Source: Thalassovita sp.
GTDB taxonomy: Bacteria; Pseudomonadota; Alphaproteobacteria; Rhodobacterales; Rhodobacteraceae
Direction of reading: 5' to 3'
Assembly (NCBI RefSeq): GCF_963691685.1
Contig: NZ_OY829290.1
Span: 721,307-785,306, forward strand
DNA: 64,000 bases
In this document: one piece after another, positions 40,123 to 49,774 of the stretch
Layout: every line of letters starts with the position of its first letter
Numbering within the stretch: position 1 is the first letter of the stretch
Made by a program: the position numbers and the translations under genes
Notes under the pieces: generated by a model
Told to the model about the DNA's origin: nothing
Database searches by the model: none
What the model saw: only the letters and a program-made list of their open reading frames with translations

Positions 40123-41784
40123 CTATGGGGCAGAATGCCAGAACTTCGCGGCCAGTTCCACATCCCTGCGCAGCCTGTCATTGACCCCCTCGATCCCGAA
40201 GGTTTCGATCAAAGTGGCCGGATCATGGAAGAGGGATTTGCCAATGCCAGCAGCCTGCGGCGCGCCGCTGTCCAGCCAGCCCAGCCAGTGTAGAAGCGTC
40301 GGAAAGACATCCGGCATGGCGGCTGGTTTATCGATCACCCGGGGCGCATCCGGCCCGTTCAGAAACATCACCATGTTTCGCCGCGGATGCTGATCCAGTT
40401 GCGGGGACAGGTTGTTGTGATGCGCCAGATGATCGCTGGCCACCACAATGCGGGTGCTGCGGTCCTTGGTCAGCTTGCGCAGCTCAGCGATGAAGGTTTC
40501 GGTCAGCTTGCTGGTACAGGCCACAGCATCGGTGAGGTCATCAGACACTTTGGGCTGGCCGTCTGCGACGCATTGGTCCGACATATGCGCCTTGGGGCCA
40601 TGGGTATCCATCGTCGACAGGATCAACGCATAGGGTTGATCGCTTTTTAACCGCGCCTCCACATGGGCAAGGGCAATCGCGTAGCCTTCACCGTCCCGCA
40701 GCGCCCAAGAGGTATCACCGGCCTCGCGCGCAGCAATCGCACCGGGCGTCATCGCATTGGCCTTGTCGACAATCTGGTCGAGTTGATGCGTCCGGTAGAA
40801 GTTGTCAAAACCATAATGCCCCCGATCGCTGCCGATGATTTCTGTCGTGGAGGCATAGGTTGAGTGGTATCCGCGCGCCTTAAGGATATCGGTGAGGCAA
40901 GTGACGCCAGCGCCAATTTGCTTCATATCCGCGGTGCGGTTGAGGGGGAGTGACCCCATCGGCAACAGCGGCACCCCGCATTGGGTGGCGGTCATGCCGG
41001 CCAAGCTCCAGCCGGTGCCGTCGATCTGTGCCACATCGGAAAAAGGCACGCCGCTTTCCGCAAGCCGTTCAATCGGGACATAGATCTCACCAAAGCTGTC
41101 TTTGATCCCGTAGGTGCGCTCCATCCCTTCAAGGTACAGGATGATGAGGTCCGGGTTTTCCCCTTCGATTGGGGCGATCAGCATGGGGTCCTGAAACGCG
41201 GTGATCAGGCTTTCGCCCCGGCCGTATTTTGCCTGAAACTGATTAAACAGCGCGTCGCGGACCAATGGGTTTCCGGCGATCAGGCTGACGCAGCACAGGC
41301 TCCACCAGAACGGGATGCGGCGCAGCCATTTGCGCAAACGGTAGAGGGTGATCAGGATCGCGGCCCAGTAAATCGTGACGGTCACGATATAGGGGGCGAA
41401 CTCCCGAAGCGGGGTGCCGCCAATGCCAAACGCCAGATGGAAAACAAAGGCGGCCGTGTCCAGTTCACCGAAAATCAACACCACCACTGTCAGCGGGAAA
41501 AGCAATAAGATCGCCGGCAATAGCGCGGCCAGCTTGATCAGGATGGCCTTCCGATCCCCCCGCGTTTCATTGACCGGGTTCGGCACCAGCAGGGACAGCG
41601 CCTGAATGACCAGCAGCCAAAGCGCAAAGGTGATGTCGCTGACGTGACCGTTCACAAACGCTCGCACGATCAAAAACAGGGCAAGGAACCCGGGCAGCAA
41701 TAGGGCGAGGACCCGCGCAAGCTCTTTAAGGGCGATCCGTGCGGTTCTGATGGGATTTGGCGGCTGTAGGTGTGTGGTGGTCAA
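40123..41784 (-). CDS. membrane-anchored sulfatase/LTA-synthase-family (alkaline-phosphatase superfamily) protein
   Basis: Five or six N-terminal TM helices, then a sulfatase-like domain (DHLAHHNNLS, MDTHGP). Confidence 0.65.
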   Translation of the reverse strand: MTTTHLQPPNPIRTARIALKELARVLALLLPGFLALFLIVRAFVNGHVSDITFALWLLVIQALSLLVPNPVNETRGDRKAILIKLAALLPAILLLFPLTVVVLIFGELDTAAFVFHLAFGIGGTPLREFAPYIVTVTIYWAAILITLYRLRKWLRRIPFWWSLCCVSLIAGNPLVRDALFNQFQAKYGRGESLITAFQDPMLIAPIEGENPDLIILYLEGMERTYGIKDSFGEIYVPIERLAESGVPFSDVAQIDGTGWSLAGMTATQCGVPLLPMGSLPLNRTADMKQIGAGVTCLTDILKARGYHSTYASTTEIIGSDRGHYGFDNFYRTHQLDQIVDKANAMTPGAIAAREAGDTSWALRDGEGYAIALAHVEARLKSDQPYALILSTMDTHGPKAHMSDQCVADGQPKVSDDLTDAVACTSKLTETFIAELRKLTKDRSTRIVVASDHLAHHNNLSPQLDQHPRRNMVMFLNGPDAPRVIDKPAAMPDVFPTLLHWLGWLDSGAPQAAGIGKSLFHDPATLIETFGIEGVNDRLRRDVELAAKFWHSAP

Positions 41785-41862
41785 TGTTTCAGTCGAAAGT
41801 TACGCGCTGTAAAACGGGTGCAGCAGGTTGGTCTGAGTTCACTACAGTCTGATGCGGCGCAA

Positions 41863-42531
41863 TCAGGTCTCAACCGGCGTGTGTAGATGCCCACCGGCCT
41901 GCATCACCCGGTCATAAAGGGCAAATTCCTCGGCCCGGGCTTGGCGCAGTTCTGCCTCCATCTCACCGCTCAAGGGTGCATCACGATGGGGCGAGACGTT
42001 TTTCTGCTGGGTCTCAAACGGCTTGCCGATGCGGTCCTGCAGGAAGGAGACCAGTTTTACCGGGCGCTCATAGGCAAACAGGTGATCGGTGCGCAATGCG
42101 CCGTCGTCGGAGGTCAGAAAGGTAAACTGACTGCCCAACTTGGCGCAAGCGTGCGGTTTGCGGGCAATGACCTCGGCTACAAACCCGTCAAAGCTCATCC
42201 CCTCGGGCACCGCATTGCCGCCGCGCACCTTGTCGCGGCTGCGGTATTTGTACCAGCTGCGGATCTGCTCAACGGGATCGCGCATCACGGCGACCCTTTC
42301 GGGACTGAGGTTGTAGGCCTCTTTCAGAAACGGTGCAAAATGGCGGTCATATTTGCGCAGGGGCATATGCTTTAGCGCCTGTTTGCCCGCCAGCGTGATG
42401 TCGGCCTTGCTCTTCAACGCCAGATGATAGGCGGTAGAGCCGGTTTTAGGCACCGCAAACAGGGCAATATTGGCGTCGACAAAAACCAGCATGAACAACC
42501 TCTTGCGCGCCGTCGGGCGCTTTCGGCTCAC
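41863..42531 (-). CDS. sulfotransferase-family protein
   Basis: PKTGSTA 5'-PSB (PAPS-binding) loop near N-terminus; ~220 aa. Confidence 0.55.
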   Translation of the reverse strand: MSRKRPTARKRLFMLVFVDANIALFAVPKTGSTAYHLALKSKADITLAGKQALKHMPLRKYDRHFAPFLKEAYNLSPERVAVMRDPVEQIRSWYKYRSRDKVRGGNAVPEGMSFDGFVAEVIARKPHACAKLGSQFTFLTSDDGALRTDHLFAYERPVKLVSFLQDRIGKPFETQQKNVSPHRDAPLSGEMEAELRQARAEEFALYDRVMQAGGHLHTPVET

Positions 42532-42594
42532 CCTGCACTGAAAAGGCCCGGAGTGTCAAAACCCCGGGCCCTGCTTTCTCGGTGATAGGCGCTG

Positions 42595-43758
42595 TTACTG
42601 CCAGCGCCCTTCAAAGTCATCGGGGATCAGCAGGATGTCCTTGTCCAGCTCATCCACCCGGCGGCGACCACACAGCGCCATGGAAACGTCCAGCTCTTTA
42701 TGGATCACCTCCAGCGCTTTGGTGACCCCCGCTTCGCCCATGGCGCCCAGACCATAGACAAAGGCGCGGCCGATATAGGTGCCTTTTGCGCCCATCGCCA
42801 ATGCCTTCAGTACGTCCTGACCCGACCGGATACCGCTGTCCAGATGGACCTCAACCTGATCGCCGACCGCGTCCAGAATGGAAGGCAGCGCCTTGATCGA
42901 ACTCATCGCGCCATCCAACTGACGGCCGCCGTGGTTTGAGACCACAATTGCATCGGCGCCAACCGAAAGGGCCATTTTGGCATCTTCCGCGTCCAGAATA
43001 CCCTTCAGGATCACCGGGCCGCCCCATTCCTCTTTAATCTTGGCGATTTTGCCCCAGTCCAGCGAAGGGTCAAACTGCTCCGCCGTCCAGGCGCCAAGGT
43101 TCGCGGTGTCGGTTACCCCGTCGACATGGCCGACGATATTGCCAAAGTTGCGCCGTTTCGCCCCCAGCATCTGCAGACCCCAAGACCATTTCGTCATCAG
43201 GTTGGCGATGGTCGAGGGGGTCAGTTTGGGCGGGGCAGACAGACCGTTTTTCAGATCTTTATGACGCTGCCCCAGGATCTGCAGGTCCAGCGTGATCACC
43301 AGGGCCGAGCATTTGGCGTCTTTGGCGCGTTGGATCAACCGGCTGACGAAGTCCTGATCCTTCATGGTGTAAAGCTGGAACCAGAACGGTTTGCTGGTCG
43401 CCTCGGCCACATCCTCGATCGAGTTGATCGACATGGTCGAAAGCGTAAAGGGCACGCCAAACTTCTCCGCCGCCCGCGCCGCTTTAATTTCACCATCGGC
43501 GCATTGCATGCCGGTCAGGCCAACCGGGGCCAGGGCAACCGGCATCGCCACGTCTTGGCCAATCATCCGGCTGGCGGTGGTGCGGCCGGTCATGTCTACG
43601 GCCACCCGCTGACGCAGATACAGCTGATCAAAGTCGGAACAGTTTTCACGGAAGGTCTGTTCGGTCCAGCTACCGCTTTCCGCATAGTCGTAAAACATCC
43701 GCGGCGCGCGGCGCTTATAGATCCGTTTGAGGTCTTCAATATTGGTAATCACGGGCAT
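42595..43758 (-). CDS. lldD: FMN-dependent alpha-hydroxy-acid (L-lactate) dehydrogenase
   Basis: Glycolate oxidase/LldD fold; SNHGGRQLD and GRAFVYGL motifs. Confidence 0.85.
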   Translation of the reverse strand: MPVITNIEDLKRIYKRRAPRMFYDYAESGSWTEQTFRENCSDFDQLYLRQRVAVDMTGRTTASRMIGQDVAMPVALAPVGLTGMQCADGEIKAARAAEKFGVPFTLSTMSINSIEDVAEATSKPFWFQLYTMKDQDFVSRLIQRAKDAKCSALVITLDLQILGQRHKDLKNGLSAPPKLTPSTIANLMTKWSWGLQMLGAKRRNFGNIVGHVDGVTDTANLGAWTAEQFDPSLDWGKIAKIKEEWGGPVILKGILDAEDAKMALSVGADAIVVSNHGGRQLDGAMSSIKALPSILDAVGDQVEVHLDSGIRSGQDVLKALAMGAKGTYIGRAFVYGLGAMGEAGVTKALEVIHKELDVSMALCGRRRVDELDKDILLIPDDFEGRWQ

Positions 43759-43937
43759 GGTGACTCACTTTCCCCTCAGTTTGGCCCTGTATTGGTGAAG
43801 TTTCCTTACCAATGAGGTGGGATTGGGGCAATCCCCTGAAGCAGAATGCGGACCAATTTCGTGGATTTTGCGCCGCTCGCGCCCATTTTCCTTTCAATGT
43901 TTCCCAAAATACTCCGGGGTTTGGGGCAGCGCCCCAA

Positions 43938-43972
43938 GAAAAAAGGCACGCCGTCATGGCGTGCCTTTCAAA
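43938..43972 (-). terminator. rho-independent terminator of trpA
   Basis: Minus strand reads ggcacgcc-atgac-ggcgtgcc followed by TTTTTT. Confidence 0.6.
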
Positions 43973-43990
43973 TCTGCATAAAAAATCTGG

Positions 43991-44782
43991 TTAGGCGCGA
44001 TGGGCCCCGTCTGCCAGTGAGGCGACGAAATTGGCCACATCCTCCACCGATTTGCCGGCGCCGATTTCCTTAACGATAGCGGAGCCAACAACGCAGCCAT
44101 CTGCGACCGAGGCGATGTTTTCTGCCGCCTCAGGCGTGTTGATGCCAAAGCCAACAATGACCGGCAGATCGGTTGCCGCCTTGATGCGGGCAACCTCAGG
44201 GCCGACGTTGCCAGCCTGCGCCTCAGCCGAACCGGTGATGCCGGTGACCGACACGTAATAGACAAAGCCGCTGGTGTTTTGCAGGACGGTCGGCAGGCGT
44301 TTGTCATCGGTTGTTGGGGTCGCCAGCCGGATGAAGTTCAGCCCAGCCGCCTGCGCGGGGATGCACAGCTCGTCGTCTTCTTCGGGCGGCAGGTCCACCA
44401 CGATCAGCCCGTCGATGCCGGCCGCTTTGGCGTCCTGCAGGAATTGATCCACGCCGCGATTATAAATCGGGTTGTAGTACCCCATCAGCACGATCGGCGT
44501 GGTGCTGTCCTCTTTGCGGAACTCGGCTGCCAGATCCAGGGTGCGTTGTAGGGTTTGACCTGCCTCCAATGCGCGCTGACCGGCCAGCTGTATGGTTTCA
44601 CCATCGGCCATCGGATCGGTGAAGGGCAGGCCCAGTTCAATGATATCAACACCCGCCTTGGGCAGCGCTTTGACGATCTCCAGCGAGGTGTCATAGTCGG
44701 GATCACCCGCCATGATATAGGAGACAAAAGCCTTTTTGCCTTCAGCTTTCAATTCGGCGAATTTGGCGTCAATGCGGGTCAT
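43991..44782 (-). CDS. trpA: tryptophan synthase alpha chain TrpA
   Basis: [27 protein letters not shown] motifs; 263 aa. Confidence 0.9.
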   Translation of the reverse strand: MTRIDAKFAELKAEGKKAFVSYIMAGDPDYDTSLEIVKALPKAGVDIIELGLPFTDPMADGETIQLAGQRALEAGQTLQRTLDLAAEFRKEDSTTPIVLMGYYNPIYNRGVDQFLQDAKAAGIDGLIVVDLPPEEDDELCIPAQAAGLNFIRLATPTTDDKRLPTVLQNTSGFVYYVSVTGITGSAEAQAGNVGPEVARIKAATDLPVIVGFGINTPEAAENIASVADGCVVGSAIVKEIGAGKSVEDVANFVASLADGAHRA

Positions 44783-44934
44783 GCGGGCAGTCCTTCAAAA
44801 TCACGTCCTTTGCATGTGCCTGCTTTGTCGCCGAAAATCAATGCTGCTTGGCGCCTTCGCAGAACACGTGGCTTGCCACGCGGTCAGCAACTGCCTAGAA
44901 GCCCCTTGAAACAAGGATTGAGAAAGGGCCGGTC

Positions 44935-46032
44935 ATGGGCTTCAAGATGGGAATCGTGGGTCTGCCGAACGTGGGCAAATCGACCCTGTTCAACGCACTG
45001 ACGAAAACCGCTGCGGCGCAGGCGGCAAACTTCCCGTTTTGCACCATTGAGCCGAACGTGGGTGAGGTGAACGTGCCTGATCAGCGTCTGGACACATTGG
45101 CCGGAATCGCCAAATCCGCCAATATCATTCCTGCCCGTATGACCTTTGTGGACATTGCTGGTCTGGTGAAGGGGGCTTCGCAGGGCGAAGGTCTGGGCAA
45201 CCAGTTCCTGGCCAATATTCGCGAAGTGGACGCCATCGCCCACGTGCTGCGCTGCTTTGAAGATGGCGACGTGACCCATGTTGAAGGTCGCGTGGACCCG
45301 GTAACGGACGCTGACACCATTGAGACCGAGCTGATGCTGGCCGATCTGGAATCGATCGAGAAGCGTCGCGCTAACCTGGTGCGCAAGCTGAAGGGCAACG
45401 ATAAGGAAGCCCAGCAGCAGGACCGCCTGCTGGCCGAAGCACAGGCCATGCTGGAAGATGGCAAACCCGCCCGTCTGGTTGAGGTTGATGACGAAGACCT
45501 TAAGGCATGGAAAATGCTGCAGCTGCTGACCACCAAGCCGGTGCTCTATGTTTGCAACGTCGCCGAAGATGAATCCGCGACCGGCAATGAACACTCCGCG
45601 CGTGTTGCCGAAATGGCGGCTGCGCAGGGCAACAGCCACGTGATTATCTCCGCCAAGATCGAAGAAGAGATCAGCCAACTGGAAGCAGAAGAAGCTGAGA
45701 TGTTCCTTGGCGAAATGGGGCTGGAAGAGCCGGGTCTGGATCGCCTGATCCGCGCCGGTTACGGTCTGCTGCATCTGGAAACCTACTTCACCGTTGGTCC
45801 GAAAGAGGCGCGTGCCTGGACCATTAAGGTCGGCACCATGGCCCCGCAGGCCGCCGGTGTGATCCACGGCGATTTTGAACGCGGCTTCATCCGGGCGGAA
45901 ACCATCGCTTATGATGATTACGTTGCCAACAATGGGGAACAAGGTGCCAAAGAAGCGGGCAAAATGCGTGCTGAAGGTAAGGGGTACGAAGTGAAAGATG
46001 GCGACGTCATGCACTTCCTCTTTAACACCTGA
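44935..46032 (+). CDS. ychF: ribosome-binding ATPase YchF
   Basis: [19 protein letters not shown]-loop, TGS domain C-terminus. Confidence 0.9.
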   Translation: MGFKMGIVGLPNVGKSTLFNALTKTAAAQAANFPFCTIEPNVGEVNVPDQRLDTLAGIAKSANIIPARMTFVDIAGLVKGASQGEGLGNQFLANIREVDAIAHVLRCFEDGDVTHVEGRVDPVTDADTIETELMLADLESIEKRRANLVRKLKGNDKEAQQQDRLLAEAQAMLEDGKPARLVEVDDEDLKAWKMLQLLTTKPVLYVCNVAEDESATGNEHSARVAEMAAAQGNSHVIISAKIEEEISQLEAEEAEMFLGEMGLEEPGLDRLIRAGYGLLHLETYFTVGPKEARAWTIKVGTMAPQAAGVIHGDFERGFIRAETIAYDDYVANNGEQGAKEAGKMRAEGKGYEVKDGDVMHFLFNT

Positions 46033-46309
46033 GCTAAAACGCGGGGTGGGCTGACCACCCCGCTGACATCTTCCCACTCCCCAGAATTTGCCGGGATTCG
46101 CGTCTGCGTAGCCACCAATTCCTGTGGCAATGCCCGCAAACAGGCGGCAAAATCCAATTCGTCAGCGTAAATTGTGGGATTTTGGACATATTTTTCCGAT
46201 TCCCGTATTTCCGCTATAGGCGTTGCGGAGAATTTCATGCTACGGTTTAAGGGCTAGTTGGCTTGGGGATTCCCTGAGCCCTTCAATTCTTGACGTCTGG
46301 AGCAGCATT

Positions 46310-46504
46310 ATGAAAAAAGTTACCCTCGCTATCGCAGCGACCCTGGCCCTGGCTTCCGCAGTTCCTGCAACCGCAGGTGCCATCGACCCGTTCACCGCCC
46401 CCGTTGTTGACGCACCGGTTGTAACCACCGGCAGCGGCATCTCGCCCGCACTGATCCTCGGTGGTCTGATCCTGGTTGGGGTGGTCGCAGCTGGCGATTC
46501 CTGA
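46310..46504 (+). CDS. small exported protein with C-terminal hydrophobic segment (hypothetical)
   Basis: GGAG SD; signal peptide MKKVTLAIAATLALASAVPATA; C-terminal ALILGGLILVGVVAAGDS; followed by a strong terminator. Confidence 0.45.
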   Translation: MKKVTLAIAATLALASAVPATAGAIDPFTAPVVDAPVVTTGSGISPALILGGLILVGVVAAGDS

Positions 46505-46525
46505 TCTAACGATCACATGAATTCA

Positions 46526-46562
46526 AAAGGCCCGGTGCGCTGCGCCGGGCCTTTTCATTTTC
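46526..46562 (+). terminator. rho-independent terminator
   Basis: ggcccggtgcgc-tgcgccgggcc hairpin plus ttttcattttc. Confidence 0.7.
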
Positions 46563-46630
46563 TGACTGACCGTCTTAGCCGGTAAAAGTGGCTTGGTGGC
46601 GCTTACGGCCGGCCACCAAGCCGATGCCGA

Positions 46631-47314
46631 TTATCGACGGATCATCTGGAAAAGGACGCTACCCACCTGCGGATTGATCCACTGGCGTGATCCAAGGACC
46701 TGACCGTCACTGCTGATCAGATAGGTATTGGCAAACTCATACTGGTCATTTTTACATTGCTCGACCATCAACTGGGTGGTGGTTGAAATCAGGCCGCTGA
46801 CAAAGGGTTCACGTTTGCCCCGCAGCACCTCACAGTCAAATGTCAGTGAAAAACGCTCACCCGCCCCGTTCACGTAATACATACGTCGGTTGCTTTTGCC
46901 TTCGCGTTTGCTGCTGACCAGAGCGACGGAGCTTTCCAGTTCGGTTGCCATCAAGTCATTGCCGCCACCGCGGGTTGCGGTGATGATGCCACGCCGGAAG
47001 CTGAGTGATTGTCCATCATCACTAACATAGGTGCTATGTCCGCCATTCTGGGCAATCTTGCGCAGCAGGATTGTCACCTGCGTTTGTTCTTGTGACAGGA
47101 TCGCCAGCGGACCGGTCGTTTCTGTCAGGATCTTCTGCACGTCCACCTGCTGTGGTCCCGCGTCCTTGCCGCGCCCTAACAGGCGGCTGGCAAATCCTTC
47201 GTTGCTTTCACCGGTTGCAGATCCGGTTTCATAAAGTGTGCCACAGCCTGCCAGGCCAAGTGCGGCGCAGAAAACAAGGCTCAGTCCGCGTATCATCGCC
47301 ACACGCGCCCCCAT
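46631..47314 (-). CDS. yjbF: YjbF/GfcB-family exopolysaccharide lipoprotein
   Basis: Lipobox LAGC; ~210-aa size and composition consistent with YjbF; overlaps the upstream YjbH-like gene. Confidence 0.55.
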   Translation of the reverse strand: MGARVAMIRGLSLVFCAALGLAGCGTLYETGSATGESNEGFASRLLGRGKDAGPQQVDVQKILTETTGPLAILSQEQTQVTILLRKIAQNGGHSTYVSDDGQSLSFRRGIITATRGGGNDLMATELESSVALVSSKREGKSNRRMYYVNGAGERFSLTFDCEVLRGKREPFVSGLISTTTQLMVEQCKNDQYEFANTYLISSDGQVLGSRQWINPQVGSVLFQMIRR

Positions 47315-49497
47315 TCTTTGTTCAGTTCGGGTTGATGATAGTCGCGCACACGCTGGTACAAACGGTCCCGTACATTCACGCGCGCGCCGCCGTCCCGGGT
47401 CAGGGACTGCAGGGTCACCGTATTGTCCCGGCGACTTGGTTTGCCCAAGGCCCAGCTCATCGGGATCGTCAGGCGGATGCCTTTGTCAAAGGAGCCTTCG
47501 CCGTATTCCTCAGCGCTGACATCGGTGAAGGTCGCATAGGCACCGATGCGCCAGCCGTTGGCAAACTCGCGGTCCAGCGAGAAGGTTGCCCCGATATCGC
47601 CCGCCAGATAGCGCCCGGCGTCGACTTGACCGTGGAAGCCATTGCCAAAATCGTAATAGGCCGACAGATGGCCGGTAGTGGTTTCATATTCCCGCAGCCC
47701 GAACTTCTGATCGAAGTCGCGTTGCTTGACGTGATTGACCTCCGCGCCAAGCGCCAGGCGGCTGTCCACCGGTTTCCACAACACCTCGCCCGAGATGCCG
47801 GCGTACATGGTTTCAAGGTAACCCGCCGTGACCCGGCTGTAGAGGTCTTTGCCAGGGCGACCAAAATGGCTGAGGGTCAGATGCTCAATCGCGGTGTCAC
47901 CTTGCCGGCTGTATTCGGCATAATCGGTGCGCACCCGCGGCAGGTTGGAGGGGATTTCACGGGTCACACTGTCCAGATTGCCCGCCAGCTTATGAGTGAC
48001 GGAGCCTGACAATTCCAGTCCGGGTGTCACGAAATAGCTGCCGCTCAGGCGCAGACCGGTGTCGATCCGAATTGGGTTGTCAGGGTCAAAGACGCTGAAG
48101 GTCAGATAGGGCGCCAGGCTGAGGCTGCTGCGCGCCGGCAGTCCCGCCTCTTGCCCAAGGCCCAGACCTGCCGCATCGGTTACCGCAACCCGTTCCAGCA
48201 AAGCCTCGGCAGGGGCGTGTTCCAAAGCTTCCAGATCGCTGCGCTTAACGGTGATGTTCGCCAGCGGCATGCCTTTGGATGTCGGGATGATGTGGAACAC
48301 TTCGACCGAAGCAGGCAGTACCCGCGCCATGTGGCGCGCTGCGCGGCCAATGGCCTGCGGCTCTGCGCTGTAACGCGGGTTGCGGATCTGCAGCGTCGCT
48401 TCGCGCGGTGACAGGCTTAGGTTCTGATAGGCCAGCCCATCACCTTCCAGTGCGGCGCGAAGGGTGCGTTTGGTGCTGTTGATCTGGGTGTCATCTGTGC
48501 TCCAGCCCAAATCGTTCAGGCTGGCCCTTTGACGTGGGATGATCGGGGCAGGGGCTTTTTCAAGACCGGTCGGCGCATTGGCATAACGCGGGTTCGTCGA
48601 TAGGGTCAGCTGCGCGCCAATCGTATCGCCATAAAGCGAATAGACAGACAGCTGATTGCCGTTTTTGAACCGGTAATCGATCCCGAAGTTCAGCGAGGAT
48701 TTGCGGTCAAACAGCGCTGGTTCAGTATTGCCGTATTCGCTGATCGGGCTGATGCCGCGCTCGGGCTCATAAGCGTCCGAGGAATATTCGGCCGAAACCG
48801 CCAGCCGCTCAGTGACCTGATAGGAAATACCGCCAAACGGCGCCACATCACCGCGGAACCAGCGATCATAGGTGGGGATGCCACCTTCGCCCAGCAGCTC
48901 ACTCGGGCGGGTGCCGGTGCTGCCAATGGCGCCCTGGCTGCCCAGGCGGCCCCAGCCCAGGCCGGCGGTCACCCGCAGCTTGTCACCAATCCCTTTGGTG
49001 GCGACGATATACTCCCCGCCATAAAGCCCGGTGCCAATGAAATCCCGCAGACCAACCGCGATAGCCGGGCGCAGGTCGCCCTCTTCCACCAGCTGATAGC
49101 GCAGATCGAAGCTGCGATCGTAATAGGTGCTCAGATCGTAGTTGTCCGGCACATAGCCTTCCAGCGCCGAATAACGGAAACTGCCGGTCAGCCGTGGCAG
49201 GATCTGGAAACTAAGGCTCGCACGTGTGGTGCCGGCGAAATGCCCTACGGTGGTTGTCAGCTGCGCATCAGGTGACATGTCCGCGGTCGGCATATCGATC
49301 AGCCCCGGCATGCCATAAAGGTTATGCGAGGGGGCCAGAGGCGCGGTAAACGGATCCTCGGCGCCGGCCTGCAGCGGCCACAGGCAAACCGCCGCAACCC
49401 CCGACAGTAACGCAATTTTTCGCCTGCCATTTCCAACACCCGTAAGGCCGTGATGGCGATGCACAGAGGCAGGGCGGGGAGGCAAATGGCGAACCAT
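47293..49497 (-). CDS. yjbH: YjbH/GfcD-family outer-membrane beta-barrel protein
   Basis: ~735 aa from the internal Met with signal peptide; alternating beta-strand pattern rich in aromatic-terminated strands; the ORF in the track extends to 49632. Confidence 0.55.
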   Translation of the reverse strand: MVRHLPPRPASVHRHHGLTGVGNGRRKIALLSGVAAVCLWPLQAGAEDPFTAPLAPSHNLYGMPGLIDMPTADMSPDAQLTTTVGHFAGTTRASLSFQILPRLTGSFRYSALEGYVPDNYDLSTYYDRSFDLRYQLVEEGDLRPAIAVGLRDFIGTGLYGGEYIVATKGIGDKLRVTAGLGWGRLGSQGAIGSTGTRPSELLGEGGIPTYDRWFRGDVAPFGGISYQVTERLAVSAEYSSDAYEPERGISPISEYGNTEPALFDRKSSLNFGIDYRFKNGNQLSVYSLYGDTIGAQLTLSTNPRYANAPTGLEKAPAPIIPRQRASLNDLGWSTDDTQINSTKRTLRAALEGDGLAYQNLSLSPREATLQIRNPRYSAEPQAIGRAARHMARVLPASVEVFHIIPTSKGMPLANITVKRSDLEALEHAPAEALLERVAVTDAAGLGLGQEAGLPARSSLSLAPYLTFSVFDPDNPIRIDTGLRLSGSYFVTPGLELSGSVTHKLAGNLDSVTREIPSNLPRVRTDYAEYSRQGDTAIEHLTLSHFGRPGKDLYSRVTAGYLETMYAGISGEVLWKPVDSRLALGAEVNHVKQRDFDQKFGLREYETTTGHLSAYYDFGNGFHGQVDAGRYLAGDIGATFSLDREFANGWRIGAYATFTDVSAEEYGEGSFDKGIRLTIPMSWALGKPSRRDNTVTLQSLTRDGGARVNVRDRLYQRVRDYHQPELNKEWGRVWR

Positions 49498-49733
49498 GGT
49501 AGCGGCAATCCAAATTCTAAAAAGATCAGTCCCTTCCTGCCTATGGAAATTGCGCCATCCTGTCCATGTTTCATTGCACTGCGTCCGGCACTTGATGCCC
49601 GGCGTTGTCTCCCGCCCACAGTGGCAGGGCAATCATGCGCAATAGAGGGGCTGTTTCTGCCAATTGAAAGCTTTGTGAAGAATGTGCGATTTTCCTCTTG
49701 TCCCTGCCTGCAAGCCTAGATAAACTCGTCGAC

Positions 49734-49774
49734 GGAGACGTGGCCGAGTGGTCGAAGGCGCTCCCCTGCTAAGG
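49734..49774 (+). pseudogene. tRNA-Ser(GCU) 5' fragment (acceptor 5' strand, D-arm, anticodon stem-loop); 3' half absent
   Basis: GGAGACGTGGCCGAGTGGTCGAAGGCGCTCCCCTGCTAAGG matches a class-II Ser tRNA through anticodon loop CTGCTAA. It then diverges (TCAAATCACC...). No T-arm or 3' acceptor (CGTCTCC) was found within 3 kb. Confidence 0.6.

Noticed and set aside
44884-46077. 397-aa minus-strand ORF
   Set aside because: Antisense to ychF, whose P-loop and TGS motifs are clear on the plus strand.
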